Of a stretch of 64,000 bases of DNA, positions 1 through 9,085 are shown piece after piece (the stretch's first letter is position 1; each line of letters begins with the position of its first letter). Made by a program: the position numbers and the translations under genes. Origin of the DNA: Pelagomonas calceolata (taxonomy: Eukaryota); NCBI GenBank assembly GCA_918797485.1, contig CAKKNE010000001.1, forward strand, positions 4,216,001 through 4,280,000, given 5' to 3'. The notes under the pieces are model-generated. The model was not told the DNA's origin, did no database searches, and worked only from the letters and a program-made list of their open reading frames with translations.

Positions 1-729
1 CCCGCGACGCTCACGCCGAACCAGAGCCGCTCGCACGAGCAGGCCCTCGAGACGCTCAAGCTGGCCGCGAACCCGGACCTCGAGCCGCTGCCGCCGCGGC
101 GCCGCCCGTCCGCGTCTAAGCCCGCCGCGCCCTCTCCCGAGAAGGCCGCGCCACCGACGCCCGTCGCGCCGAAGGAGCCAGAAGCCTCTCCGAAGCCGGC
201 CGCCGCGCTGACGCCGCCGCCAGCACCAGAGCCGGAGGCCGCGCCGCAGAGCGCCGAGGAGCGCCCGCCGACGCCGCCACCGCCCGCCGAGACGGCGGTA
301 GCGTCGCCGAAGCGCGAGCGTCGCCTCGGGCCCGGCACGACCCTGACGCCGCGGCGCAAGAGTTCGATCGACGAGCCCGTCGGCCGCGGCGCGCTCGGGC
401 GGAAGGTCCAGAAATTCGAGACGGGGCCCCCGCCGGCGACGCCCGCGCCGCAGCCGACGTCACCGTCGTCGACGACTCCGGTCCTCCTGCACTACAAGAG
501 CGGCGCGGACGTCACGTCGAACGAAATGGACCTCACGGACAAGTGGCTCGGGAAACCTGTTGCTGCTTTGAAAGCGGCCTTCGCGAAGCGCATGAGCTTG
601 GATGTCGACGGCCTGTCCACAAAACGCGCCGACGGCACAGCCATCAGCGAGGCCCTGCCCATCCGGGACATCATCGACGGCGTCGAGGGCAGCGCGAACG
701 TCGTCTTCGAGCTGAAAGCGTCGGAGTAA
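1..729 (+). CDS. 3' part of a gene running in from the window edge: Pro-rich linker plus a small C-terminal globular (possibly ubiquitin-like) domain
   Basis: Frame 1 is open from base 1 to TAA at 727-729 (PATLTPNQSRSHEQALETL...VLLHYKSGADVTSNEMDLTDKWLGKPVAALKAAFAK...). The track lists only the part from ATG 526. Confidence 0.65.
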   Translation, partial: PATLTPNQSRSHEQALETLKLAANPDLEPLPPRRRPSASKPAAPSPEKAAPPTPVAPKEPEASPKPAAALTPPPAPEPEAAPQSAEERPPTPPPPAETAVASPKRERRLGPGTTLTPRRKSSIDEPVGRGALGRKVQKFETGPPPATPAPQPTSPSSTTPVLLHYKSGADVTSNEMDLTDKWLGKPVAALKAAFAKRMSLDVDGLSTKRADGTAISEALPIRDIIDGVEGSANVVFELKASE

Positions 730-972
730 GTAGGTTTGCGTCGACGGCGTCTAGCCTCGTGCGGGTCGCAGAGCTGATTTTGTGAGAGCGCCGGTTTTTT
801 CAGACGTGGCGCAACGTATAAGCGTTTTGCGGCATTGATTCGCAGGATTGTGTACCGCAGTATTGTGCTGGGGCGCTGGGGCAGCGCTTCTTGCTCCAGC
901 CGCCTCCCACAGGTCCACTCCAACCTGGTGGTCAGAGTCACACTTTGAGCAAACCGCGTCCGCTGCTCAGTG

Positions 973-1820
973 ATGCGGCGCACTGGCATCATCCTCGCGA
1001 CAGCATTGGGCGCCTGCAATGCGTTGACGGCTTACCAGCGGTTGACAGGCGCGACGGTGCTCTCGGTCGCGGACCGGCGGCCGGTCGAGCTGACGTCGAC
1101 GTGGCAAGGTAACGAGCGCGTCGTCGTCGAGTTCCTGCGACACTTCGGGTGAGTGTTCTGCTGGGAGCGTGCCGTGCAGTTAAGGCGCGACGCGCTCCCA
1201 GCACTCGAGAAGAATAACATCAAGCTGGCTGTGGTAGGAATCGGTTCCCTCGACTCCGGCGAGACGTTCGCATCTCGCACGGAGTTCCCGAAGTCTATGC
1301 TCTACGTCGACGATTCTGACGAGTCCGAGGCGTATCGCGCCGCGGGGACTCGGAACACGAAGCGGAAGCCTGACGGGAAAGCTGACTTCGAGGGCATCGG
1401 CTCGATGTGGTCGCAAGCCACGAACGACGCGCTCAAGGAGCGCGGTAAGAAGGACCTCGACGCCATCACCGGCTCGCTCTTCAAGCCCGGCATGTGTCAG
1501 TGTGTTTACGCCATCGCCGCGACTCACAGACACGCAAACCGCAGGCATCTATACGCCACTCATGCCGAAAGGCTCGACGATGACTCGATCCATGGAGAAG
1601 ACGATGGTCCAGGGCGGCTCGTTCGTCTTCGAGGGCGACACCGTTTGCGCCAGTGTCCTTCCATGAATCCCCACCGGCACGCCGTCGCCGCGGTCGCGTC
1701 GCGTCGATGGCGTGGAGCGAGTCGCGTGCTACCGCGCAGGTCCTCTTCGAGCACTACGACGAGTCCTCGGGCGCGCACGCCGGGATCGACGACATTCTCA
1801 AGGCGGCCGGCGCCGCGTAG
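973..1820 (+). CDS. Peroxiredoxin-like 2 / AhpC-TSA_2 (SelU/AAED1-like) selenoprotein; exons 973-1489, 1545-1642, 1740-1820; Sec TGA at 1150-1152
   Basis: VVVEFLRHFG-TGA-VFCWE gives UxxC at the family CxxC position. Downstream KLAVVGIGS, LYVD, QGGSFVF and LFEHYD..GAH motifs follow once two introns are removed. The spliced length of 696 nt is in frame. A SECIS lies 3' of the stop and the N-terminus is hydrophobic and signal-like. Confidence 0.85.
1490..1544 (+). other. Intron 1 of the selenoprotein gene (GC-AG, 55 bp)
   Basis: G|GCATGT...CGCAG|GC restores the frame KPG-IYTPLMP...QGGSFVF; GGCAT is repeated at both junctions. Confidence 0.7.
1643..1739 (+). other. Intron 2 of the selenoprotein gene (GT-AG, 97 bp)
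   Basis: ACC|GTTTGC...CGCAG|GTC joins FVFEGDT to VLFEHYDESSGAH and removes an in-frame stop. Confidence 0.8.
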
Positions 1821-1824
1821 TCAT

Positions 1825-1891
1825 CGCGTGCGAGGTACATGACGCGGCCCCACGCAATCGCCGTGTGGCCGCCGAAACCCCCTCGTGCGTG
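1825..1891 (+). promoter_or_regulatory. Eukaryotic SECIS element in 3'UTR
   Basis: Helix I CGCGTGCGAGG/CCTCGTGCGTG; core ATGAC (1839-43) / CGAA (1873-76); helix II GCGGCC-C-CAC / GTG-T-GGCCGC; apical AA at 1856-57. Confidence 0.85.
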
Positions 1892-1910
1892 GACTAACAA
1901 CAACATGTGA

Positions 1911-2219
1911 TTATTTCCCGTCCTCCTCGCGCAGCTTTCGCGACGACGCGCGCATATCCACCAACTTCGCCTTCTGGTCGTCGGACATCGTCCCGAGGAT
2001 CTCCGCGTCCAAGTCCGCGCCGAGGTCGTCGGCCGGCGCCGTCTCCAGCTGCTGCAGGTACTTCTCCCATTCTCCCCTAAAACGCTCCAGGACCTCCGGT
2101 TTCGTGACGTCGCGCATCTCCGCGAACTCCTTGCGCACGTACTGGTCTCCGAGCGAACGCATGTTCGGCGGCAGCTTTGTCCGGTGCGCGCGGAGGATCT
2201 GGCGGAGGAGCTGCCGCAT
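1911..2219 (-). CDS. SDHAF3: Succinate dehydrogenase assembly factor 3 (ACN9/Sdh7, LYR family)
   Basis: LLRQILRAHR..LP..MRSLGDQYVRKEF...F..EWEKY signature. Confidence 0.85.
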   Translation of the reverse strand: MRQLLRQILRAHRTKLPPNMRSLGDQYVRKEFAEMRDVTKPEVLERFRGEWEKYLQQLETAPADDLGADLDAEILGTMSDDQKAKLVDMRASSRKLREEDGK

Positions 2220-2611
2220 GCTCTCCCGGCAGAGGTGATGCTCTCCCTGCTAAACGGCCGCTGGAGCGCACGTCGCCGTGGACGCTGCAACCGACAGCGA
2301 TGGTAAGAGTGTCTAGACGTCTTTTTTACTGCAAATGAACTGCAGCTCGAACGCGGCGTCCTGCACGCCGGCACAAAAAAGCTGCTGCCCATGGGTACGG
2401 GGTCGCGCTGGCGAGTAGGCAGAATCCGGCTGCTCCTGCGGCTGAGGCGTCTCGACACGGGTCGCACGCGCTGCCTTGAGGCGTGCAGGCCTCTGCTCTC
2501 ATCAACATTTCAGCCTCGGAGCCTCGTGCTTTTTGCTCAGGTCCTCTTATGTGGTTCGGTAATCGCTGACCCGATGAAGTTGGTAATGGTTTGGCAGCAG
2601 CGCTACGACTC

Positions 2612-4021
2612 ATGAGTTCGTCCCTTGCCAAGCCGGCGGCCTCAGGCTCTCCCCCGCTCTCAGATTCAAAGCTGGAGAACGTGTCCAGATCCAGCCCTTC
2701 GGGCGCCGAGGAGAAAAAGTCCACGACGCCTCCGCCCGCGCAATCGGGCCCACCAGGGCTGGGCGCCCCGTCGACTCCGCTGGACGTCCAAGAAAGAAGG
2801 AGTTCCCCTCCCGCCCTGGCGCCGGCGCCGGCCACTCATTTGGACCCGCCCCCAGACCAAGCCAGCGCGAGCCGCGAGCCCTCCGAGGCCGACACCGTCG
2901 ACGGCGACGCCGAGGACCCCGTCCAGCAGCCGCCGCTGAGTCCCTACGGCTACGCGGCGCCGCCGCGGCACGTCCGGCCATACGCGCGGGAGACGCCCCC
3001 CCCGTCGCCGAGCGACGCGCGGGAGACGGTGCGGTGCCCCCAGGCCCTCGTCGGGAGGCTCATCGGCAAGGGCGGCGACACGATCAAGGACCTACAACGG
3101 AGGTCCGGCGCCCGCATCCAGATCGACCAGAACTATCCGGAGGGCCAGCCTCGATTAGTCACGGTCGAGGGCGCGGCCCAGTGCGTCCGGGCGGGCGTCG
3201 AGCTCGTGAGATCATTGATAGGGAATTCGCCGGCCGTCGGCAACGGCGCGCCGGGTCGACTGGCCACGTTCGAGTGCCCCAAGGGCCTCGTCGGCCGCGT
3301 CATCGGCAAGGGCGGCGAGACGATCAACGAATTACAACGGAGATCAGGCGCGCGTATCCAGATCGAGCAGCGCGTCGCCGAGGGCGAACCCTGCGTCGTC
3401 GAGGTCCAGGGCGACGATAGAGCGGTGGAGGAAGCAAGACGGCTCGTCCACGAGGTCATGGGCGGCAAGCGCCTCGACCCGCCCTACGTGGCGTACGCCT
3501 ACGCGGCCATGGCCCAGCAGGGCTACGGCTTCCCGCCGCAGCCGAACGTCGGCCTCGCGTCGTACGGCCAGGTGCGGCGCGCGCACGCCGGGAGCTTCTC
3601 GTCCGCATCGGACACGCCGCCGGGAAGTCCCATCCCGGGCTACGCCGTGCCGCACTACCCGTACCCCTACTACCCGCCCTACGGCTTCCCGCCGGCGCAG
3701 TACGGGCCGCCGCCGCCCGGAAGCCCGATCCCGGGCTCGCCCGTGGCCCGGGGCTGGACGCAGCACGTCGACGCGAACACGGGGCGGCCCTACTGGCACC
3801 ACCCGCAGCTGGGCGCGTCGTGGTCGCCGCCGCCGGCCGGGCCGCCCCCGTCGGCGGGGCCGCGGCCACCAATGCCAATTCCCGGCTCGCCGCCTCCACA
3901 AACAAATGGCGACGACGGCGACGACGCCGCCGCGCCGCCCGCGCCCGCGCCGAACCCCACGGCGTGGCCGCACTCGGCCTGGGCGTCCGGCGCTGGTGGC
4001 GCTGACGGCGACAACCCCTGA
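2612..4021 (+). CDS. Tandem KH-domain RNA-binding protein with C-terminal WW domain
   Basis: Two GRxIGKGGxTIxxLQRRSGARIQI KH motifs; GWTQHVDANTGRPYWHH...SW WW motif. Confidence 0.9.
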   Translation: MSSSLAKPAASGSPPLSDSKLENVSRSSPSGAEEKKSTTPPPAQSGPPGLGAPSTPLDVQERRSSPPALAPAPATHLDPPPDQASASREPSEADTVDGDAEDPVQQPPLSPYGYAAPPRHVRPYARETPPPSPSDARETVRCPQALVGRLIGKGGDTIKDLQRRSGARIQIDQNYPEGQPRLVTVEGAAQCVRAGVELVRSLIGNSPAVGNGAPGRLATFECPKGLVGRVIGKGGETINELQRRSGARIQIEQRVAEGEPCVVEVQGDDRAVEEARRLVHEVMGGKRLDPPYVAYAYAAMAQQGYGFPPQPNVGLASYGQVRRAHAGSFSSASDTPPGSPIPGYAVPHYPYPYYPPYGFPPAQYGPPPPGSPIPGSPVARGWTQHVDANTGRPYWHHPQLGASWSPPPAGPPPSAGPRPPMPIPGSPPPQTNGDDGDDAAAPPAPAPNPTAWPHSAWASGAGGADGDNP

Positions 4022-4145
4022 TGGTGTAAATCGGTTCCTTGTAGTAGTAGTCTCGCGTCGGTGGTGTATCGCACACGAAATTTCTTGTGGTGTACTAGAT
4101 CGGTTCTTTGTTCTATGAGCACATGGTCAACTTACACACTAGAAA

Positions 4146-5345
4146 TCACGGCGCGCACAAGCTCCACAGCTTCGCCGCCTTGTCGAAGGAGCACGTCGCC
4201 AGCGTTCCGTCGTCGGAGACGGCGAGGTCTCGGACGGCCTTGCCGTGCGCGCGCTCGACGCGCTTGAGGACCTTTCCCGAGCCGATGTCCCACTGGTACA
4301 GGCCCGGGTCCTTCTGCGAGTTCGACACGACCGACTCCCCGAGCCACGCGATGCGAGCGTTGGCGTACTCATCCGCGGTGTGGCCGACCAGTACTTTCAC
4401 GTGCTCGTTGCCGTGGAGGGGATAGATGATGTGTTTGCTCGCGTCGGTGGCGCAGGCGAGGTATTTTCCGTCCGGCGAGACGGCCATGTCCAAGACGGCG
4501 AAGGAGCAGTGGGTGTCCCAGTCCTTCTCATTCAGAGATACGCGCGTTTCGGCGAGCGTCTCCTCCTCGATTTTTACGTGGCGGCGGAAGGGCTCGCCGC
4601 GACAATAAACGATGAGCTCCTTGCCGCCAGGAGCGAAGCAGAGGCTCTCCGGGTTTGCGGGCAGGACTAGCGTGTGCAGCTTCTCAAACCCGTGATAGAT
4701 GATGACGGTCTTGTCCCGCGCGCAGGTGGCGAAGTAGCCATGAAGTGTGCCGATTCTCTCACCCCAAGCGATCGATACAATTCGCGACTCGTGGTCATGG
4801 AAGCGGTGGTACTCGTCCAGAGCAGGCACGACCGGCCCCCCAACGGGAGACGTGATGAGCTGTTCTAATGTCGACAGGATCCGCACGCTGCCGTCCATGC
4901 ATCCACATGCCAAACGTTCTCCGCCCACCGGGGAAAACGCCACGCGAAGCGGCGGCGACCCGCACGCATGCTGAATCGGCTCGGCACCGTCTTTGTGCAA
5001 TCGTAAAACACCGTCAGCGCCGCCGCACACCAAGCCGCGCTCACTGTGCAGCGCGACGCATGTGGCGTTCGCCGCGCCGGTGGCCTGCTCTATCGTGCGG
5101 TCGGATTCCGACCTGAGCGCCCTGCTCGCGCCGTGGACGCGCAGCGCGGCGAAGGACTCGATGGGCGGTCCCGCTGGCGCGGGCGCGGGTGCTGCTGGCG
5201 CCGCCATGGCCCGCAGGTCGGCGTTGGCGACGGCTAAGAGGTCCAACTCGTCCCCGAGCTCGCGATTGCGCTTCCGCAGCCGCGCGACTTCGGCCTCGGC
5301 CGCGAGCGCGCGCTGCTGCCAGTCCACGTCCGCTTGCGCAGCCAT
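4146..5345 (-). CDS. WD40-repeat protein with N-terminal coiled coil
   Basis: CGGADGVLRL, CGCMDGSVRI, TCARDKTVII and TCSFDKAAKLW WD40 repeats. Confidence 0.9.
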   Translation of the reverse strand: MAAQADVDWQQRALAAEAEVARLRKRNRELGDELDLLAVANADLRAMAAPAAPAPAPAGPPIESFAALRVHGASRALRSESDRTIEQATGAANATCVALHSERGLVCGGADGVLRLHKDGAEPIQHACGSPPLRVAFSPVGGERLACGCMDGSVRILSTLEQLITSPVGGPVVPALDEYHRFHDHESRIVSIAWGERIGTLHGYFATCARDKTVIIYHGFEKLHTLVLPANPESLCFAPGGKELIVYCRGEPFRRHVKIEEETLAETRVSLNEKDWDTHCSFAVLDMAVSPDGKYLACATDASKHIIYPLHGNEHVKVLVGHTADEYANARIAWLGESVVSNSQKDPGLYQWDIGSGKVLKRVERAHGKAVRDLAVSDDGTLATCSFDKAAKLWSLCAP

Positions 5346-5510
5346 GGCAATACAGGGCTGCAGAGAGAGCAGGTCTGGCAGAGGCTCTGTGCGCAGTTAT
5401 TGTTTCCGACTTGTGGCTGCGCAACGAAAGCTCTAAAAATCAGACAGTTTTAGATCGAACAACGTTCTCTTGATTACAAATCAAGCGCTGTTTGCAAGAG
5501 TGAGAGCTTG

Positions 5511-5532
5511 CTAGTGTCTTACAGGACTCTAG
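5511..5532 (+). promoter_or_regulatory. Recurrent 22-bp intergenic motif CTAGTGTCTTACAGGACTCTAG
   Basis: Near-identical copies at 10682, 25844, 37890, 48718 and 54003; function unknown. Confidence 0.6.
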
Positions 5533-5658
5533 CTAATTCTGGGCTGCGCTAATCTGGGGCTGCCCCAAGCTCGCTAGCGCGCGGGACCTAGGCTGCCAAA
5601 GTAGTACAAAGTGCCAACAAAAGGCAGCCCCCGCGCTCGCACCGATGGACCAATAACG

Positions 5659-8600
5659 ATGGGCCTCCTCGCGCAAGCAGCCAAGGCCCTCTCGGCCTTC
5701 AGCGGCAACAAAGGCCGATCAGCCGTGCGCCCCACGCCCCAATATGTACCTGCTAAAGCTAAGCCAGCACCAAAGAAGCGCCCCCCTCCGCTACTGCCGA
5801 AGCATCGCGACCCGCCCCTCGAGGAGGTCGAAGCTACGCTAAGGGAGAAGCCCCGGGACAAGCGCTCTTTGATTTTGGCGGCGAGATTTAGATTTAGAGA
5901 GGGTGACTATCGGGGGTCCATCGACGCCGCTTGCAAATCTATAGAAGAGGGCGGGCCCTCGATGGAGCTCGAACTGCTCCAGATCCGGGCCCACGCGGCC
6001 TGGTGGGCCTCGACGCGGAAGGGGCCGTCCGGTGCTGGCGATCGCAAGAACATGCAGTACTTCTTGGAGAGAGCCGTGCACTTTGCGGGCAAGACTCTCG
6101 CCTGGCCGCGCTTCGCGAGACGCGTTTCTTTGATACTGGAGACGGCGGGCGCGCACTTTCGAGCGAATAACCACCAGAAAGCGGCGGATCTCGTGGCCTT
6201 CGCCGTCACGCAGCAAGTGGAGGGGGAAGTTGGCAAGCTGGCCCAGTACGCGTTGGCTCATATTGCTCTAGCCGGTGGGCGCGCCGACGCGGCGATTCAA
6301 TTACATGAAGAGTTAGAATTAACGTACTGGTTGAAGGAGGACGCGTCCTGGCGTCATGTCAGAGACGGCTACGGGATGGCCGAAAAGGAGTCGTGCTGCC
6401 TACTCCCGTTGCCTCCGCTGGACATTCATCGGGAGGTCGAGGACCTGGCTTTTAGACTCGCGGCGGACCATGCTGATGTCCTGGTGTCCCAGGCGCGGTT
6501 GTACGCTGCCTTGCAGGAACCGAGCCGGCACAAGCAAGGCGAGCGAGACCGGTTTCTCGCCGATCGCATGGAGTTAAATGAATGGATGAGTGACCCAATG
6601 CCTCTGAAGCTTTTCGGGGATAAGTACCGGGAGGACGGCGGCGAAAAGGGCTTGTGCCGGGCGAGCCCCGCGGTCGCGTTGGCGTTGTATAAAGCCTCGT
6701 TATCAAAGATGCCGGAGGAGGACCGGTGGCAGGGTTCTGACGATGTTGATGAGGTGCGGTTAGCTATTGCCGAGTGTCTGGAAGAGCTCGGTGACTACGA
6801 GCGGGCGTTGGAAGAAGCCCGGGTGACGTTGCGGGGGCGGCCCCTGGAGGAGGTCGACACTCGACTCAGTGCCTTGCTCGCGCGCTTGTCGCAGGAAGCC
6901 TTGCCGCCCGACGCCCCGGAGGCGGTGGAGTATCGGCGCGTCGCGTCCATCAAGAGCGTCGCCGCGCGGAAGATTCAACTCAGACACAAGAGATTCGCCG
7001 TCGCCAAGGATCGGTGGGCCGCGACCATGGTCCAGGCGCGCTGGCGAGGACTGCGCGCCTTCCGCAAGCAGAAGGAGTGGCAGGAGTTTTTGCGGGGCAG
7101 TCGCTTCGCCGAGGGCCTCACGGGAGAAGTGGGCGAAGAATTTTTGAGGGGGCAGCGCCAGTTCATCGCGGAGTTGGAGACGATGACGCTGAATCAGCGG
7201 GAGCGGGCCATCGCGAAGCGGAAGAGAGAACTCGAGGCGATGAAGCCGTACCTCGAGACGGAGGAGGACCGTAGAAAAGCAGCAGAGCGCAACCGCCAGC
7301 GCGCCGCGCAACGGTGCGGCAAGGCGTGGCTGGGACGGGACGCGGGCCACTCTACGAGAATGGACTTACGGACGCAAGGTTGGGTCTGTGGACGGGCCCA
7401 GGACTGGGCGCGCGCGGACCGGGACCTCGCGTCCGTGCCGTTCGCGTCGCCGGCGCGGCACCGCGGCACCGGCGGGTGGGCCAAGGCCTCGGCGCCGGCG
7501 CGCGTCGCCGTCATCCAGGCGCGAGCGGGCGGCGCGCCCATCGCCTCGTGCTCAGATAGTGCACTGAAGGACCTGGGTCGCGCAGACGCACTCATCATAA
7601 GGAGGGCCCTCGCGACGAGCCGCGACATCATACGAATTTCAAAGGCGATTTCGCCGCCGGACCATCCGGAGACGCCGCGCGAGGGGCCCGTGTTGCACGC
7701 GCTGGAGTTGGACTGCCCGCGCGTCTGCGGCGTGGGGTTGGAGGCGCTCTGTCGCGCCGTGGAGCGGCTGCCCGCGTTGACGTCGCTGCGCGTCGATCGC
7801 GCGGACAACGCGATTTCCTATCGAGGGTTGGACGCCTTGGCTCGGGTGCTGCGCGCGTCGCCGACGCTCGCGCGACTGGCCGTGACCGGCAATAATGTGG
7901 GGACAGCGCTGGTGGGGCCGGTCCTGGCGAACGCCCTGCCGGATGCCACAAAGCTCGTGTCGCTGCGGCTGGCCGCGTGTAGGCTGGACGACGCTCAGGC
8001 CTCGCAGCTCGCCTATGGTGTGAAAGATGCTTCGTCCTTGCGGGAATTGCATCTGGAGCACAATGCGTTCGGCGCGACGGGCATCAAGCACCTGCTGTTG
8101 ACCGGCGTGCTGGGACGGAAAAGCGGACAGACCCTCTGGACGCTCACGCTGCGGGACCAGCGACCTTCTCTACGACGGTGCGACGTCCGCGACGCCGCTC
8201 AAGCGGTCTCGTTGCAACGCGACGACCCCGAGGACGTCAAGTTGTTTGATAACGGCTCGGAGCCGGTCGACGAGCGCTACTGGGCGTCGCACGGCTTCGC
8301 GGCGCCGAAACTCGAACACGAGGTGCCGGGGGCGCGCATCCTACCTCCCTTACAAGTAGAGCCCGGCGCCAAGGTGCAGGTGCGCTGGCTCCAGCAGCGG
8401 CTGCGCGACGCGGAGACGCGCTGGCGCGACGCGACGGTCACGCAAGTGGCCTCTACAACAGTCAAGGTGCGCTACGAGGGGCCGGGCGGCAACTTCGCCG
8501 AGGACGTGTCGCCGTACTTGCTACGGTGGCCGCCGGCCGACGACGAGGACGGGCCCACCGAGGACTGGTCGCGGCCGGCGTCGTCGCCGTCGCGCGCCGG

Positions 8601-8961
8601 CACCGCGCGGGCCCGGACCGCCGAGGCGCCGCCCGAGCAGGAGCTGCGGCTGCCGCGGTCACAGGCCTACGTGACCCGAGACGGTCTCGTTGGCACGATA
8701 TCGACGCGCGACCTGATCAAGACTCTGCCACGGCGCGAGGACCGGGCGATCATGGGACTCGTGCCGCGGCCGCCCACTCCCGTCCCCCCGCACGACGACG
8801 CGCTCGCCGCGCTGCCCGTGACGGCGGTCAACCTTGCGATTGAGCACGAGCCGAGCGAGCTGCCCGTCGGGAAGGGGCTCGACGCGTTCGCGACGGACCA
8901 CGACTTCGCCAAGTTCGCCGAGGACCGGCGGCGGAGCCTGCGGACGACTGTGTTTTTCTAG
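5659..8961 (+). CDS. Large protein with TPR-like helices, IQ motifs, RNI-like leucine-rich repeats and a Tudor/Agenet-like segment
   Basis: 1100-aa ORF; IQ-like AATMVQARWRGLRAFR; LRRs such as LRELHLEHNAFGATGIKHL; PGAKVQVRW...WRDATVTQV...VKVRYEG. Confidence 0.8.
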   Translation: MGLLAQAAKALSAFSGNKGRSAVRPTPQYVPAKAKPAPKKRPPPLLPKHRDPPLEEVEATLREKPRDKRSLILAARFRFREGDYRGSIDAACKSIEEGGPSMELELLQIRAHAAWWASTRKGPSGAGDRKNMQYFLERAVHFAGKTLAWPRFARRVSLILETAGAHFRANNHQKAADLVAFAVTQQVEGEVGKLAQYALAHIALAGGRADAAIQLHEELELTYWLKEDASWRHVRDGYGMAEKESCCLLPLPPLDIHREVEDLAFRLAADHADVLVSQARLYAALQEPSRHKQGERDRFLADRMELNEWMSDPMPLKLFGDKYREDGGEKGLCRASPAVALALYKASLSKMPEEDRWQGSDDVDEVRLAIAECLEELGDYERALEEARVTLRGRPLEEVDTRLSALLARLSQEALPPDAPEAVEYRRVASIKSVAARKIQLRHKRFAVAKDRWAATMVQARWRGLRAFRKQKEWQEFLRGSRFAEGLTGEVGEEFLRGQRQFIAELETMTLNQRERAIAKRKRELEAMKPYLETEEDRRKAAERNRQRAAQRCGKAWLGRDAGHSTRMDLRTQGWVCGRAQDWARADRDLASVPFASPARHRGTGGWAKASAPARVAVIQARAGGAPIASCSDSALKDLGRADALIIRRALATSRDIIRISKAISPPDHPETPREGPVLHALELDCPRVCGVGLEALCRAVERLPALTSLRVDRADNAISYRGLDALARVLRASPTLARLAVTGNNVGTALVGPVLANALPDATKLVSLRLAACRLDDAQASQLAYGVKDASSLRELHLEHNAFGATGIKHLLLTGVLGRKSGQTLWTLTLRDQRPSLRRCDVRDAAQAVSLQRDDPEDVKLFDNGSEPVDERYWASHGFAAPKLEHEVPGARILPPLQVEPGAKVQVRWLQQRLRDAETRWRDATVTQVASTTVKVRYEGPGGNFAEDVSPYLLRWPPADDEDGPTEDWSRPASSPSRAGTARARTAEAPPEQELRLPRSQAYVTRDGLVGTISTRDLIKTLPRREDRAIMGLVPRPPTPVPPHDDALAALPVTAVNLAIEHEPSELPVGKGLDAFATDHDFAKFAEDRRRSLRTTVFF

Positions 8962-9085
8962 TACTTCTAGTAAGGAGAGTATATGTTATCATAGGATTCT
9001 GTTCCAGGCGATCTGGGCCTACGTGTTCGCGCAAGCCGGCCTGGACCTAGTCGCATGGCCGACGCCCGGCATGGGGCTCAACGCG

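Noticed and set aside
1147..1156. Perfect splice-donor-like G|GTGAGT over the in-frame TGA
   Set aside because: The sequence right after the TGA continues the family motif (xxCWE) in frame, and a SECIS is present, so Sec read-through explains it better. RNA-seq should still confirm.
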